64,000 nucleotides of DNA from an uncultured Spirochaetales bacterium (GTDB taxonomy: Bacteria > Myxococcota_A > UBA9160 > JAFDET01). A program made the position numbers and the translations under genes. The stretch is taken from NCBI GenBank assembly GCA_964442285.1, contig CAYTZH010000002.1, positions 36,260 to 100,259 on the forward strand, written 5' to 3'. Positions 38,081 through 48,091 of this stretch are shown one piece after another. The notes below the pieces were generated by a model that ran no database searches, was not told the DNA's origin, and was given only the letters and a program-made list of their open reading frames with translations. How positions within the stretch are numbered: position 1 is the first letter of the stretch; each line of letters starts with the position of its first letter.

Positions 38081-39370
38081 ATGACCTATCCCCGAGACCT
38101 CGCCCGCAAGCGCGGTGCCCCGGAGGCCGTGCTGGACACGATCCCCGAGGGCGCCGACCTGATCGTCCCCCTCGCCAACGGGGAGCCGACGCTGCTGATG
38201 GACGCGCTGGAGGCCGGAGCCGACCGGCTTTCCGACGTGCGCGTCCACCAGATGCACACGCTGCACGACCGCGCCTACCTGCACGACGCCTTCCCCGGTC
38301 GACTGCGGCACGTGTCCTACTTCCTCTCCCACGTCACCCGGGGCCCGTACCGGAAAGGCACGCTCGACCTGGTGCCGAGCCACTTCAGCGAGGTTCCCCT
38401 GCACCTTGCGCGCTCCACGCGCTGCACCCTGGTGCTGGCCGCCGCGAGCCCGCCCGACCGCCACGGCTTCTTCTCCCTGGGCACGAACGCGGACTACACC
38501 GCGAGCTTCATCGGCAAGGTGCCGTTCTTCCTCGAGGTCACGCCGGCCATGCCGCGCACCTTCGGTCGCAACCAGCTCCACGTGAGCCAGGTGGCCGGCT
38601 TCGCCGAGTCGGAGCGGGGCCTGCTGGAGGTCCATCCGCCCCAGCCCGGCGAGGCCGAGCAGCGGATCGCGGAGTTCGTGGTGGAGCGGATCCGCCCGGG
38701 CGCGACGATCCAGATGGGGATCGGCTCGATCCCCAATGCGGTGCTCGATCTGCTGACGGAGCACCGCGAGCTGGGGGTCCACACGGAGCTGGTGAGCGAC
38801 GGTCTCGTCGATCTCTTCGAGCGCGGGGTCATCACCGGAACGGCCAAGACGCTCAACCCGGGCAAGGTCGTCAGCACCTTCGCGCTGGGGACGCGACGGC
38901 TCTACGACTTCCTGGAGGACAACCCCTCCGTGGAGTTCTGGCCCGTCGACTACGTGAACAACCCCCGGGTGATCGCCCGGGAGGACAATTTCGTCTCCGT
39001 CAACGCGGCCCTCGAGGTCGATCTCCTCGGCCAGTGCGCCTCGGAGTCGATCGGCAGCGCCTACTACTCGGGCTCCGGCGGGCAGTCGGACTTCGCGCGG
39101 GGCTGCATGTACTCGAGGGGCGGCGTCGCCGTGATCGTGCTGCGGTCGACGACTTCCGACGGCGCCACCTCGCGCATCCGGTCCCAGCTCACCCCCGGCG
39201 CCGTGGTGACCACCAACAAGAACACGGTGGACAACGTGGTCACGGAGTTCGGCCTGGCCGAGCTGCGCGGACGCAGCATCCGCGAGCGGGCGCGCGCCCT
39301 GATCGAGGTCGCCCATCCGCGCTTCCGCGACGAGCTCCGCCACGAGGCGGGCCAGCTCGGCTTCCTCTGA
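38081..39370 (+). CDS. Acetyl-CoA hydrolase/transferase family protein (4-hydroxybutyrate CoA-transferase-like)
   Basis: GATIQMGIGSIPNAVL, SVNAALEVDLLGQCASES, GSGGQSDFARG. Confidence 0.85.
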   Translation: MTYPRDLARKRGAPEAVLDTIPEGADLIVPLANGEPTLLMDALEAGADRLSDVRVHQMHTLHDRAYLHDAFPGRLRHVSYFLSHVTRGPYRKGTLDLVPSHFSEVPLHLARSTRCTLVLAAASPPDRHGFFSLGTNADYTASFIGKVPFFLEVTPAMPRTFGRNQLHVSQVAGFAESERGLLEVHPPQPGEAEQRIAEFVVERIRPGATIQMGIGSIPNAVLDLLTEHRELGVHTELVSDGLVDLFERGVITGTAKTLNPGKVVSTFALGTRRLYDFLEDNPSVEFWPVDYVNNPRVIAREDNFVSVNAALEVDLLGQCASESIGSAYYSGSGGQSDFARGCMYSRGGVAVIVLRSTTSDGATSRIRSQLTPGAVVTTNKNTVDNVVTEFGLAELRGRSIRERARALIEVAHPRFRDELRHEAGQLGFL

Positions 39371-39397
39371 CCCGGGGCCCTGGTCTACGCTCCGTCC

Positions 39398-40242
39398 GTG
39401 CACGTGCCCCGACACTGGGCCCCCGCCACGGGGTCGGCGACCGGTCCCGAGGGCCGGCGCTATCGGCTGAAGATCTGGGGATGGTCGGACGAGAGCCCGG
39501 CCGACGCACTGCGACGGGCGCGGGAACGCGTGTCGGAGGTGGCGGCGCGGCTGGCCCGGGGCGAGGCGACCGCCGCGGGCTACGCCTACGGCAGTCGACC
39601 CCTGCGGGAGGAGATCCTGCGCCCCCTCGGCCGCGGCCGGGACGCGCCCGAGGCCCTCGTCACGCGCAACCGCTACGGCGCCGAGGTGCTCAACACCGCC
39701 CGGGTCCCGTTCGTCGACGTGGACGTCCCCCCGGTGGGCCGACTGGGACGCCTGTTCCGGCGCCTGCGCGGCCGGCCCGCCACCCGCGAGGCGGAGGTTC
39801 TGGCGCGCATCCGCGCGGCGTGTGCAGACCGCGGCGAGCACAGCTTTCGCCTCTATCGCACCCGTGCCGGCTTCCGGCTCCTGGTGACGGATCGGCTGCT
39901 CGACCCGGAAGGCGCGGAGTCGCGCGCGCTCTTGGAGGCATTCGGGGCGGACCCCGCGTTCGTGAGGCTGTGCGCGGTGCAGGCCTGCTTCCGGGCCCGA
40001 CTCACGCCCAAGCCCTTCCGCTGCGGCTGCAGCCGCCGCCCGGCCGGCATCCGCGCGAGGAAGGTCGCCTCCGCGAGGCCTTCGACCTGTGGCTGCGTCG
40101 CTACGAGGAGGCCTGCCACGCCTACGCCACCTGCCGCTATCTCGAGACCCTGGGCCCCGGTCGCCAGCTCCGGGAGGCGCGCGCGGTGGTGGACGAGCAC
40201 GATCGGACCTCGCGGGCGGACTCGGGTCTTCCCCTGGCCTGA
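39398..40242 (+). pseudogene. Conserved hypothetical gene with apparent -1 frame change near 40010-40075
   Basis: The 5' part is coding-like in frame 2 (...[16 protein letters not shown]...[14 protein letters not shown]). The 3' part is coding-like only in frame 1 (...[41 protein letters not shown]...PLA*). Total length 845 nt equals 3n-1. Confidence 0.45.
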
Positions 40243-40260
40243 GTCGGTCGAGCCGCTCGG

Positions 40261-40304
40261 GTGTGCAGGCATTTTCCCGGCTACCGGAAACGCCGGCTGC
40301 ACAC
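40261..40304. promoter_or_regulatory. Nested inverted repeat between the upstream gene and nrfH (hairpin or operator)
   Basis: GTGTGCAG (40261..40268) and CTGCACAC (40297..40304) are perfect complements and enclose an inner TTTCC...GGAAA pair. Ends 15 nt before the nrfH ATG. Confidence 0.35.
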
Positions 40305-40319
40305 TAGCCTCCGGCCCCG

Positions 40320-40822
40320 ATGCGGCTGCTGCCCACGCTGTGCACACTCGCGGTCGCGGTCTTCGTGGGCGTCGGCCTCGCCACCTTCCAGTACGCCGAG
40401 GGCAGCTCCTACCTGAGCACCGATCCGGCGGCCTGCGCCAACTGCCACATCATGCAGAGCCAGCTGGACTCCTGGGAGAAGTCGAGCCACGCCGCCGTCG
40501 CCGGCTGCATCGACTGCCACCTGCCCCACGACCTCGTGGGCAGGTACTGGGCGAAGGCGGAGAACGGCTTCAACCACTCGCGCGCCTTCACCTTCCAGGA
40601 CTTCCCGGAGCCGATCCGGCTCACGTCGAAGAACGCGGCGATCCTCCAGGAGAGCTGCCTGCACTGTCACGCCGACCTCGTGCACGGGCAGATCGGCGCG
40701 CCGACCGCCGGCGCGCCCCGCTGCGTCCAGTGCCACGCCTCCGTCGGCCACGGCGAGTCGGTCGGCCTCGGCGGGCCCCTCGACGAGCTTCCCACGCGAC
40801 CCCCGATCTCTGGAGAATCCCG

Positions 40823-40826
<4 letters not shown>
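40320..40826 (+). CDS. nrfH: Tetraheme cytochrome c NrfH (NapC/NirT family quinol dehydrogenase)
   Basis: N-terminal TM helix. Four CxxCH motifs (CANCH, CIDCH, CLHCH, CVQCH). ATGA overlap with nrfA. Confidence 0.9.
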
Positions 40827-42262
<1,436 letters not shown>

Positions 42263-42285
42263 AGGCCGCCGTCCGGGTCGCGGTC

Positions 42286-44361
42286 TCAGCCCTCGGGGCG
42301 GCGGTCCAGGGCCTCGCGCAGCCGGCGCAGCAGCTCCCGGGGCGTGAACGGCTTGTTGAGCAGCAGGGCGTCGCCGTCCAGGCCGCGCGCGGCCATGCCG
42401 TTCTCGGTGTAGCCCGAAACGAAGAGCACGGGGAGCCCCGGGCGCAGCTCGCGCAGGCGGCGGGCGAGCTCGAGGCCACCGAGGCCGGGCATCATGAGGT
42501 CCGTCACGACCGCGTCGAGGCCCCCCATGGCCTGTGCCCCCTCCAGGGCGGCGTGCCCGTCGGGGGCCTCGATGACCCGATAGCCGTTGGCTTCGAGGAT
42601 CTGCCTCACGTGCTGTCGCACCAGCTCTTCATCCTCGGCCACCAGCACGGTCTCGGTGCCGCGGAAGTCGAGGACCTCCGGCAACGGCGCGTCGGGTGCG
42701 TCGGCGCTGTCCTCCACGCGCGGGAGGTAGATCTTCACCGTCGTACCCTCGCCGACCTCGCTGTAGAGCTCGATGTGGCCTCCGTGCTGCCTCACGATGC
42801 CGTGCACCACGGCCAGTCCGAGGCCGGTTCCTTCCCCCGCCGGCTTGGTGGTGAAGAAGGGCTCGAAGGCCTGACTCGTCGTGTCGGCGTCCATGCCGCC
42901 CCCGGTGTCGGAGACCGCCAGCATCACGTGGCGTCCGGGGCGGGCGTCGGCGTGCAGTCTGACGTACTCGGGATCGAGGAACAGGTTCGCCGTCTCGATC
43001 ACCAGGGTACCGCCCTGGGCCATGGCGTCGCGCGCGTTGATGGCGAGGTTCAGGATCACCTGCTCGAGCTGCGAGGGGTCGGCCCGCACCCGTCCGAGTC
43101 CGCCGCCGCGCACCGAGTCCAGGGTGATGTTGGCGGGGAGGACGCGCCGCAGCAGCCGGTCCATGTCGCCGAGCAGCCGGTTCAGATCCACGATGCGGGG
43201 CTGGAAGGGCTGGCGCCGACCGAAGGCGAGGAGCTGGCGGGTCAGGCCCGCCGAGCGCCGGCCCGCCTCCTCGATCTCCCCGACGCGTTCGGAGAGGGGT
43301 CCTTCCTTGGGGAGCTCCTCGCGCAGCCACTCCGCGGAGCCGAGGATCACCGTGAGGAAGTTGTTGAAGTCGTGGGCGACGCCGCCCGCGAGTCGGCCGA
43401 GGGCGTCGAGGCGCTGGGCCCGCTGGAGCTGTGCCTGGAGGTCCCGATACGCCGTCAGGTCGCGTCCGACGCTCACGACCCGGGGCTGGCCGTCCGCGCT
43501 GGTGTAGGTCCTGGCCTCGAAGTCGAACCAGCGCCAGCTGCCGTCCTGGTGCTGGAGCCGCATGGTTCCGATCCGGTGGTCCCCGGCGAGCACGCGCTCG
43601 AGGACGTCGCTCAGCGCCGGCCGGTCGTCGGGGTGCACCAGAGCGATGGGATCGAGGCGTGCCAGCGCCTCAGGCGTGTAGCCGAGCGCCCGCGTGTATC
43701 CGCTGCTGGCGTAGAGCAGGCGCCCGCGTGTGTCGACCTCGGCGATGAGGTCCGGGGCGTTCTCGGTGATGGCGCGGAAGCGCGCCTCGCTCTCGGCCAG
43801 CTGGTCCTCGCGCCCGCGGATCGCCCGGTTGGCCAGCCAGATCAGGACGACGGCCAGTGCCACCGTCGTCGCACCGAGGGCGATGCTGCGGCCGATGCTG
43901 GGCGGGAGGGGCTCCAGCGGCAGCACGCCCCGCAGCTCGCCGAGGCCGACCCCGATCAGCGCCGCGACCGCGAGCACCGCCATCCAGACCAGGGTCCGCA
44001 GGCCGAGCATGAGCCCGGCGGTGGCGACGCAGACGATGAAGGTGCCGCTGATCGGGCTCCCCACGCCAGCCCCGGCCAACGACGTGGCGGTCGCCAGGAA
44101 GGAGATGGCCACCACCAGCCCCGCGCCGGCGCGGACCCGGCCGGCCCGGACCAGGGCGGCGGCGACCAGGTGAAGGGCCCCGGTCCCACCGGCGATCGCC
44201 GGCCAGAGGGGACCCGGGAAGAGCCATGGGGCCAGCGGAACCCAAGCGAGGCCCAGCACCCCGAAGAGCGTCGCCAGGGGTAGGGCCAACGCCGCGATCT
44301 TCTGCTCCTCGGGGTCCGGGAGCTCCGGGGGCTTCCACCAGGATGCGAAGGACCTACGCAT
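42286..44361 (-). CDS. Hybrid sensor histidine kinase/response regulator (TM - PAS - HisKA - HATPase - REC)
   Basis: PAS (FRAITENAPDLIAEVD), H-box (LAGGVAHDFNNFLTVILG), G-boxes (GTGLGLAVVHGIV), REC (VLVAEDEELV...DLMMPGLGG). ATG at 44361 is chosen; the track ORF extends to 44610. Confidence 0.85.
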   Translation of the reverse strand: MRRSFASWWKPPELPDPEEQKIAALALPLATLFGVLGLAWVPLAPWLFPGPLWPAIAGGTGALHLVAAALVRAGRVRAGAGLVVAISFLATATSLAGAGVGSPISGTFIVCVATAGLMLGLRTLVWMAVLAVAALIGVGLGELRGVLPLEPLPPSIGRSIALGATTVALAVVLIWLANRAIRGREDQLAESEARFRAITENAPDLIAEVDTRGRLLYASSGYTRALGYTPEALARLDPIALVHPDDRPALSDVLERVLAGDHRIGTMRLQHQDGSWRWFDFEARTYTSADGQPRVVSVGRDLTAYRDLQAQLQRAQRLDALGRLAGGVAHDFNNFLTVILGSAEWLREELPKEGPLSERVGEIEEAGRRSAGLTRQLLAFGRRQPFQPRIVDLNRLLGDMDRLLRRVLPANITLDSVRGGGLGRVRADPSQLEQVILNLAINARDAMAQGGTLVIETANLFLDPEYVRLHADARPGRHVMLAVSDTGGGMDADTTSQAFEPFFTTKPAGEGTGLGLAVVHGIVRQHGGHIELYSEVGEGTTVKIYLPRVEDSADAPDAPLPEVLDFRGTETVLVAEDEELVRQHVRQILEANGYRVIEAPDGHAALEGAQAMGGLDAVVTDLMMPGLGGLELARRLRELRPGLPVLFVSGYTENGMAARGLDGDALLLNKPFTPRELLRRLREALDRRPEG

Positions 44362-44695
44362 GGCGCGGTCAGGGTAACGGTCGGCCCGCGAGCCCGCTGC
44401 TGTCGGGATTCCGGGCCCCGACCCGCCTGAGCGGGTCCCGATCGATACAGGACTACCGCCGACATGGAGCACGCCTCGGAACGGAGACGCCGTTCGTGCG
44501 CTCACTTCTCGCCATCGTGGCCGTCGACGACGTGTGGGGAGCTCGGGCGCCCTCGGTGGGGTCGTCGTCGCCTCCACCTTCCTGTTCGAGGTCGTCCGTC
44601 CGATCGCCACGCGCTACGTCCTCGATCGCGCGGTCTGAGCCGCCCCCCGGAGATCCCGGTTCAGCTCCGAGCGCCGATCGGCCGATGGACGCGCC

Positions 44696-45838
44696 ATGGC
44701 CAGCTTCACCGTCCGGCTGCTCGTCCCGGCGCTCCTGGCGACGGGCTGCGCGGCGGGCGACGCCGCGTCCACGGCCCGGGATCGGCTCAACGTCCTGCTG
44801 ATCGTCTGCGACACCCTGCGGGCCGACGCCCTGGGCCTCTACAACGGCGACCCGGCGGCCTCCCCCGAGATCGACGCTCTCGGACGGACCGGCCTGGTGG
44901 CGGAGCGCACCTACGCCCAGGCGCCCTGGACCCCGCCCTCGATGTCGTCGCTGTTCACGAGCACCTACCAGTCGGTGCACGGCGTGATCAACGCGCCCAG
45001 CGACCGGGAGAAGTTCACCCCACTGCCCGAGAGCTTCGCCACCCTGCCGGAGATCCTTCGCGACCACGGCTATCGCACCGCCGCCGTCTCGGCCCAGCCC
45101 TGGGTGAGCCCGCGCACGGGGTTCGGCCAGGGCTTCGACGAGTTCGCCATCGTGTCCGACATCAAAGACGTCTACTCCACCGACAAGGTGGCCCAGGCGG
45201 CGATCGCCCGGATCGACGCGTGGCAGCGGGAGGCCGCGGCGCCCTTCTTCCTGTTCGTCAACTTCCTGAATCCCCACGACCCCTACGAGCCGCCCCCGCC
45301 CTTCGACACCCTGTTCTGGGACGGTCCGCCGCCGCCTCGTCTGGCGGACCTCCGGGGCCGGAGCTGGCAGGAGCAGGCCCGGTTCCTGCTGAAGCTCGAG
45401 GGGGGCGAGATCCCGCCGGCCAGCGACGCGGAGCTCCGCTACCTCCGCGCCCTGTACCGCGCGGAGGTCCGCTACGTGGACTGGTGGATCGGGGTGCTGC
45501 GGCGTCACCTCGACGCCCTCGACCTGACCCGGTCGACCCTCGTCGTGTTCACCTCGGACCACGGGGAGAGCTTCCTCGAGCACGGCCGCATGCGACACAC
45601 GACCCACGTCTACAACGAGAACCTCCACGTGCCGCTGCTCTTCAGCAATCCGGCGCGGTTCCCGGAGGCGCAGCGCCATGCCGCGGTCTCCGAGTCGATC
45701 GACGTGCTGCCCACGCTGCTGGGGCTGCTCGGCCTGCCGGTTCCGGCCCAGGCCCAGGGTCGGGACCTGCGGCAGCCCGACGGCGCCGAGCGCCTGGCGT
45801 TCGCGGAGGGCCTGGGCCTGACGCCCGTCAAGGTGTAG
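44696..45838 (+). CDS. Sulfatase-like lipoprotein (Thr-type), truncated by TAG relative to its paralogs
   Basis: Lipobox LLATGC. NVLLIVCDTLRADALGLY, APWTPPSMSSLFTS, TSDHGESFLEHG. Ends ...GLTPVKV* at TAG 45836..45838. Confidence 0.75.
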   Translation: MASFTVRLLVPALLATGCAAGDAASTARDRLNVLLIVCDTLRADALGLYNGDPAASPEIDALGRTGLVAERTYAQAPWTPPSMSSLFTSTYQSVHGVINAPSDREKFTPLPESFATLPEILRDHGYRTAAVSAQPWVSPRTGFGQGFDEFAIVSDIKDVYSTDKVAQAAIARIDAWQREAAAPFFLFVNFLNPHDPYEPPPPFDTLFWDGPPPPRLADLRGRSWQEQARFLLKLEGGEIPPASDAELRYLRALYRAEVRYVDWWIGVLRRHLDALDLTRSTLVVFTSDHGESFLEHGRMRHTTHVYNENLHVPLLFSNPARFPEAQRHAAVSESIDVLPTLLGLLGLPVPAQAQGRDLRQPDGAERLAFAEGLGLTPVKV

Positions 45839-46093
45839 AGCGCCGAGTGGAGCTTCATCGTCGGGCCGGCTGCGGACGGCGCGCCGCGCCGCGAGCTATA
45901 CGCCCTGGGCGACGACCCCGCCGAGGCGCGGCCGCTGCCGGATCCCTCGGCGCACGTGGTCCGGAGCTTCGAGGCGGCCATGCGCGCCCGGGCCGAGGCG
46001 AACCGCGCCCATCCGCTGCGCCAGCGCGCGACGCCGCAGGCCATGGATCCCCAGATGGCGGAGCAGCTTCGGGCTCTCGGCTATCTCGAGTAG
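45839..46093 (+). other. In-frame continuation of the preceding sulfatase-like gene after the TAG (family C-terminal module)
   Basis: Same frame reads SAEWSFIVGP...RELYALGDDPAEARPL...MAEQLRALGYLE*. This parallels the paralog C-termini (ELYDLARDPQEEDDL...LRELGYIR; LFEDASDPHQQ...LRQLGYLP). Confidence 0.6.
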
Positions 46094-46118
46094 CCCCCCC
46101 GCCGGTCCATCGGAAGCT

Positions 46119-46145
46119 CGTGGTGGAGAAGGAGAAGGCACCACG
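46119..46145 (+). terminator. Hairpin followed by a pyrimidine tract (candidate terminator or leader structure)
   Basis: CGTGGTG-gagaaggagaagg-CACCACG (7-bp stem, 13-nt loop) followed by TCTTCTCTCTCT. The loop GAGAAG can alternatively pair with the downstream CTTCTC. Confidence 0.3.
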
Positions 46146-46247
46146 TCTTCTCTCTCTGGACGTTGTGCCAACGCAAGGGACGGAAGATCAACGATAAGGG
46201 ATCTCTTCGTCGATTCTCGTGGCTTCCTGGTTGCACGGTCACACCAG

Positions 46248-46259
46248 AGGCTATAGCCT
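46248..46259. promoter_or_regulatory. 12-bp perfect palindrome upstream of the betaine-synthesis genes
   Basis: AGGCTATAGCCT lies about 90 bp upstream of the ATG at 46350. It overlaps a weak TTGCAC...TATAGC promoter-like pair. Confidence 0.3.
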
Positions 46260-46349
46260 GAGGCTTCCCCTGATCATTACCTGCTCGACTGCCGTGGCGG
46301 CCCGAGAAGCCGTCCGAGTCGTCGCGCCCTGCTCTGCCTGGGAGGCTCC

Positions 46350-47235
<886 letters not shown>

Positions 47236-47243
<8 letters not shown>

Positions 47244-48081
47244 GGGCCCGAAGGCGGACGCGGTCCAGGCAACGACGGAGGCCTACTACGACAGCGGCGA
47301 GGCGGACTCCTTCTACGCCGCCATCTGGGGCGGAGAGGACATCCACATCGGGATCTACGCCTCGGACGACGAGCCGGTCGCCCGTGCCAGCGCACGCACC
47401 GTCGAGCGCATGGCGGCACGGCTCCCCGCCCTCGGACCGGCGCAGCGCCTGCTCGACATCGGTGCCGGCTACGGCGGTGCGGCACGGGCCCTCGCCTCGC
47501 GCTTCGGCTTCCGCGTCGACTGCCTGAACCTCAGCGAGGTCCAGAATGCGCGAAACCGCCGGCTCACGCGGGACGCCGGTCTCGAGGACCGGGTCCGCGT
47601 CGTCCACGGGAGCTTCGAGTCCATCCCGGAAGGGGAGGGCTGCTACGACGCGGTCTGGTCCCAGGACGCGATCCTCCACAGCGGACGGCGCGAGCGCGTG
47701 CTCGCGGAGGTGTCCCGGGTGCTCGCGCCCGGCGGATGCTTCGTGTTCACGGATCCCATGCAGACCGACGATTGTCCGCCCGACGTGCTCGGTCCCGTCC
47801 TCGCCCGGATCCACCTGGACTCGCTCGCCTCGCCGGGCTTCTACCGCAAGACCCTGGCGGCCCTGGGCTTCGCGGAGGTGGCGTTCCAGGCGATGCCCGA
47901 TCAGCTCCGGACCCACTACGACCGGGTACGCGGCGCGCTCGAGGCGCGGCGCGAGGAGATGCGGGCCCGCTGCGGTCCAGACTACGTGGACCGGATGCTG
48001 GAGGGCTTGGGGCACTGGGTGGCCGCGGCCGACAGCGGCTACCTGACGTGGGGGATCTTCCACTTCGCCAAGCAGGCCTGA
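47236..48081 (+). CDS. Sarcosine/dimethylglycine N-methyltransferase (SDMT)
   Basis: YYDSGEADSFYAAIWGGEDIHIGIY, LLDIGAGYGGAARALA, WSQDAILHS. 8-nt overlap with the GSMT stop. Confidence 0.85.
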
Positions 48082-48091
48082 GCGGTTCCCC

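Noticed and set aside
44534-44638. Short coding-like stretch (…GALGGVVVASTFLFEVVRPIATRYVLDRAV*) in the spacer between the histidine kinase and the sulfatase-like gene, possibly a gene remnant or small membrane protein
   Set aside because: Only about 30-35 codons with high GC3, no convincing start or RBS, and the upstream part changes frame. It cannot be distinguished from chance or an eroded fragment without homology search.
45836-45838. TAG in the sulfatase-like gene as a pyrrolysine codon
   Set aside because: There is no pyl gene context and the lineage and enzyme family are not known to use Pyl. Nonsense mutation, sequencing error or simple read-through are far more plausible.
46094-46349. 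Glycine, SAM or SAH riboswitch upstream of the glycine methyltransferase genes
   Set aside because: Some fragments (ctctggacg..., ...gcaagggacgg) vaguely recall the glycine riboswitch core, but I could not assemble the conserved helices or core by eye. A covariance-model scan is needed before any claim.
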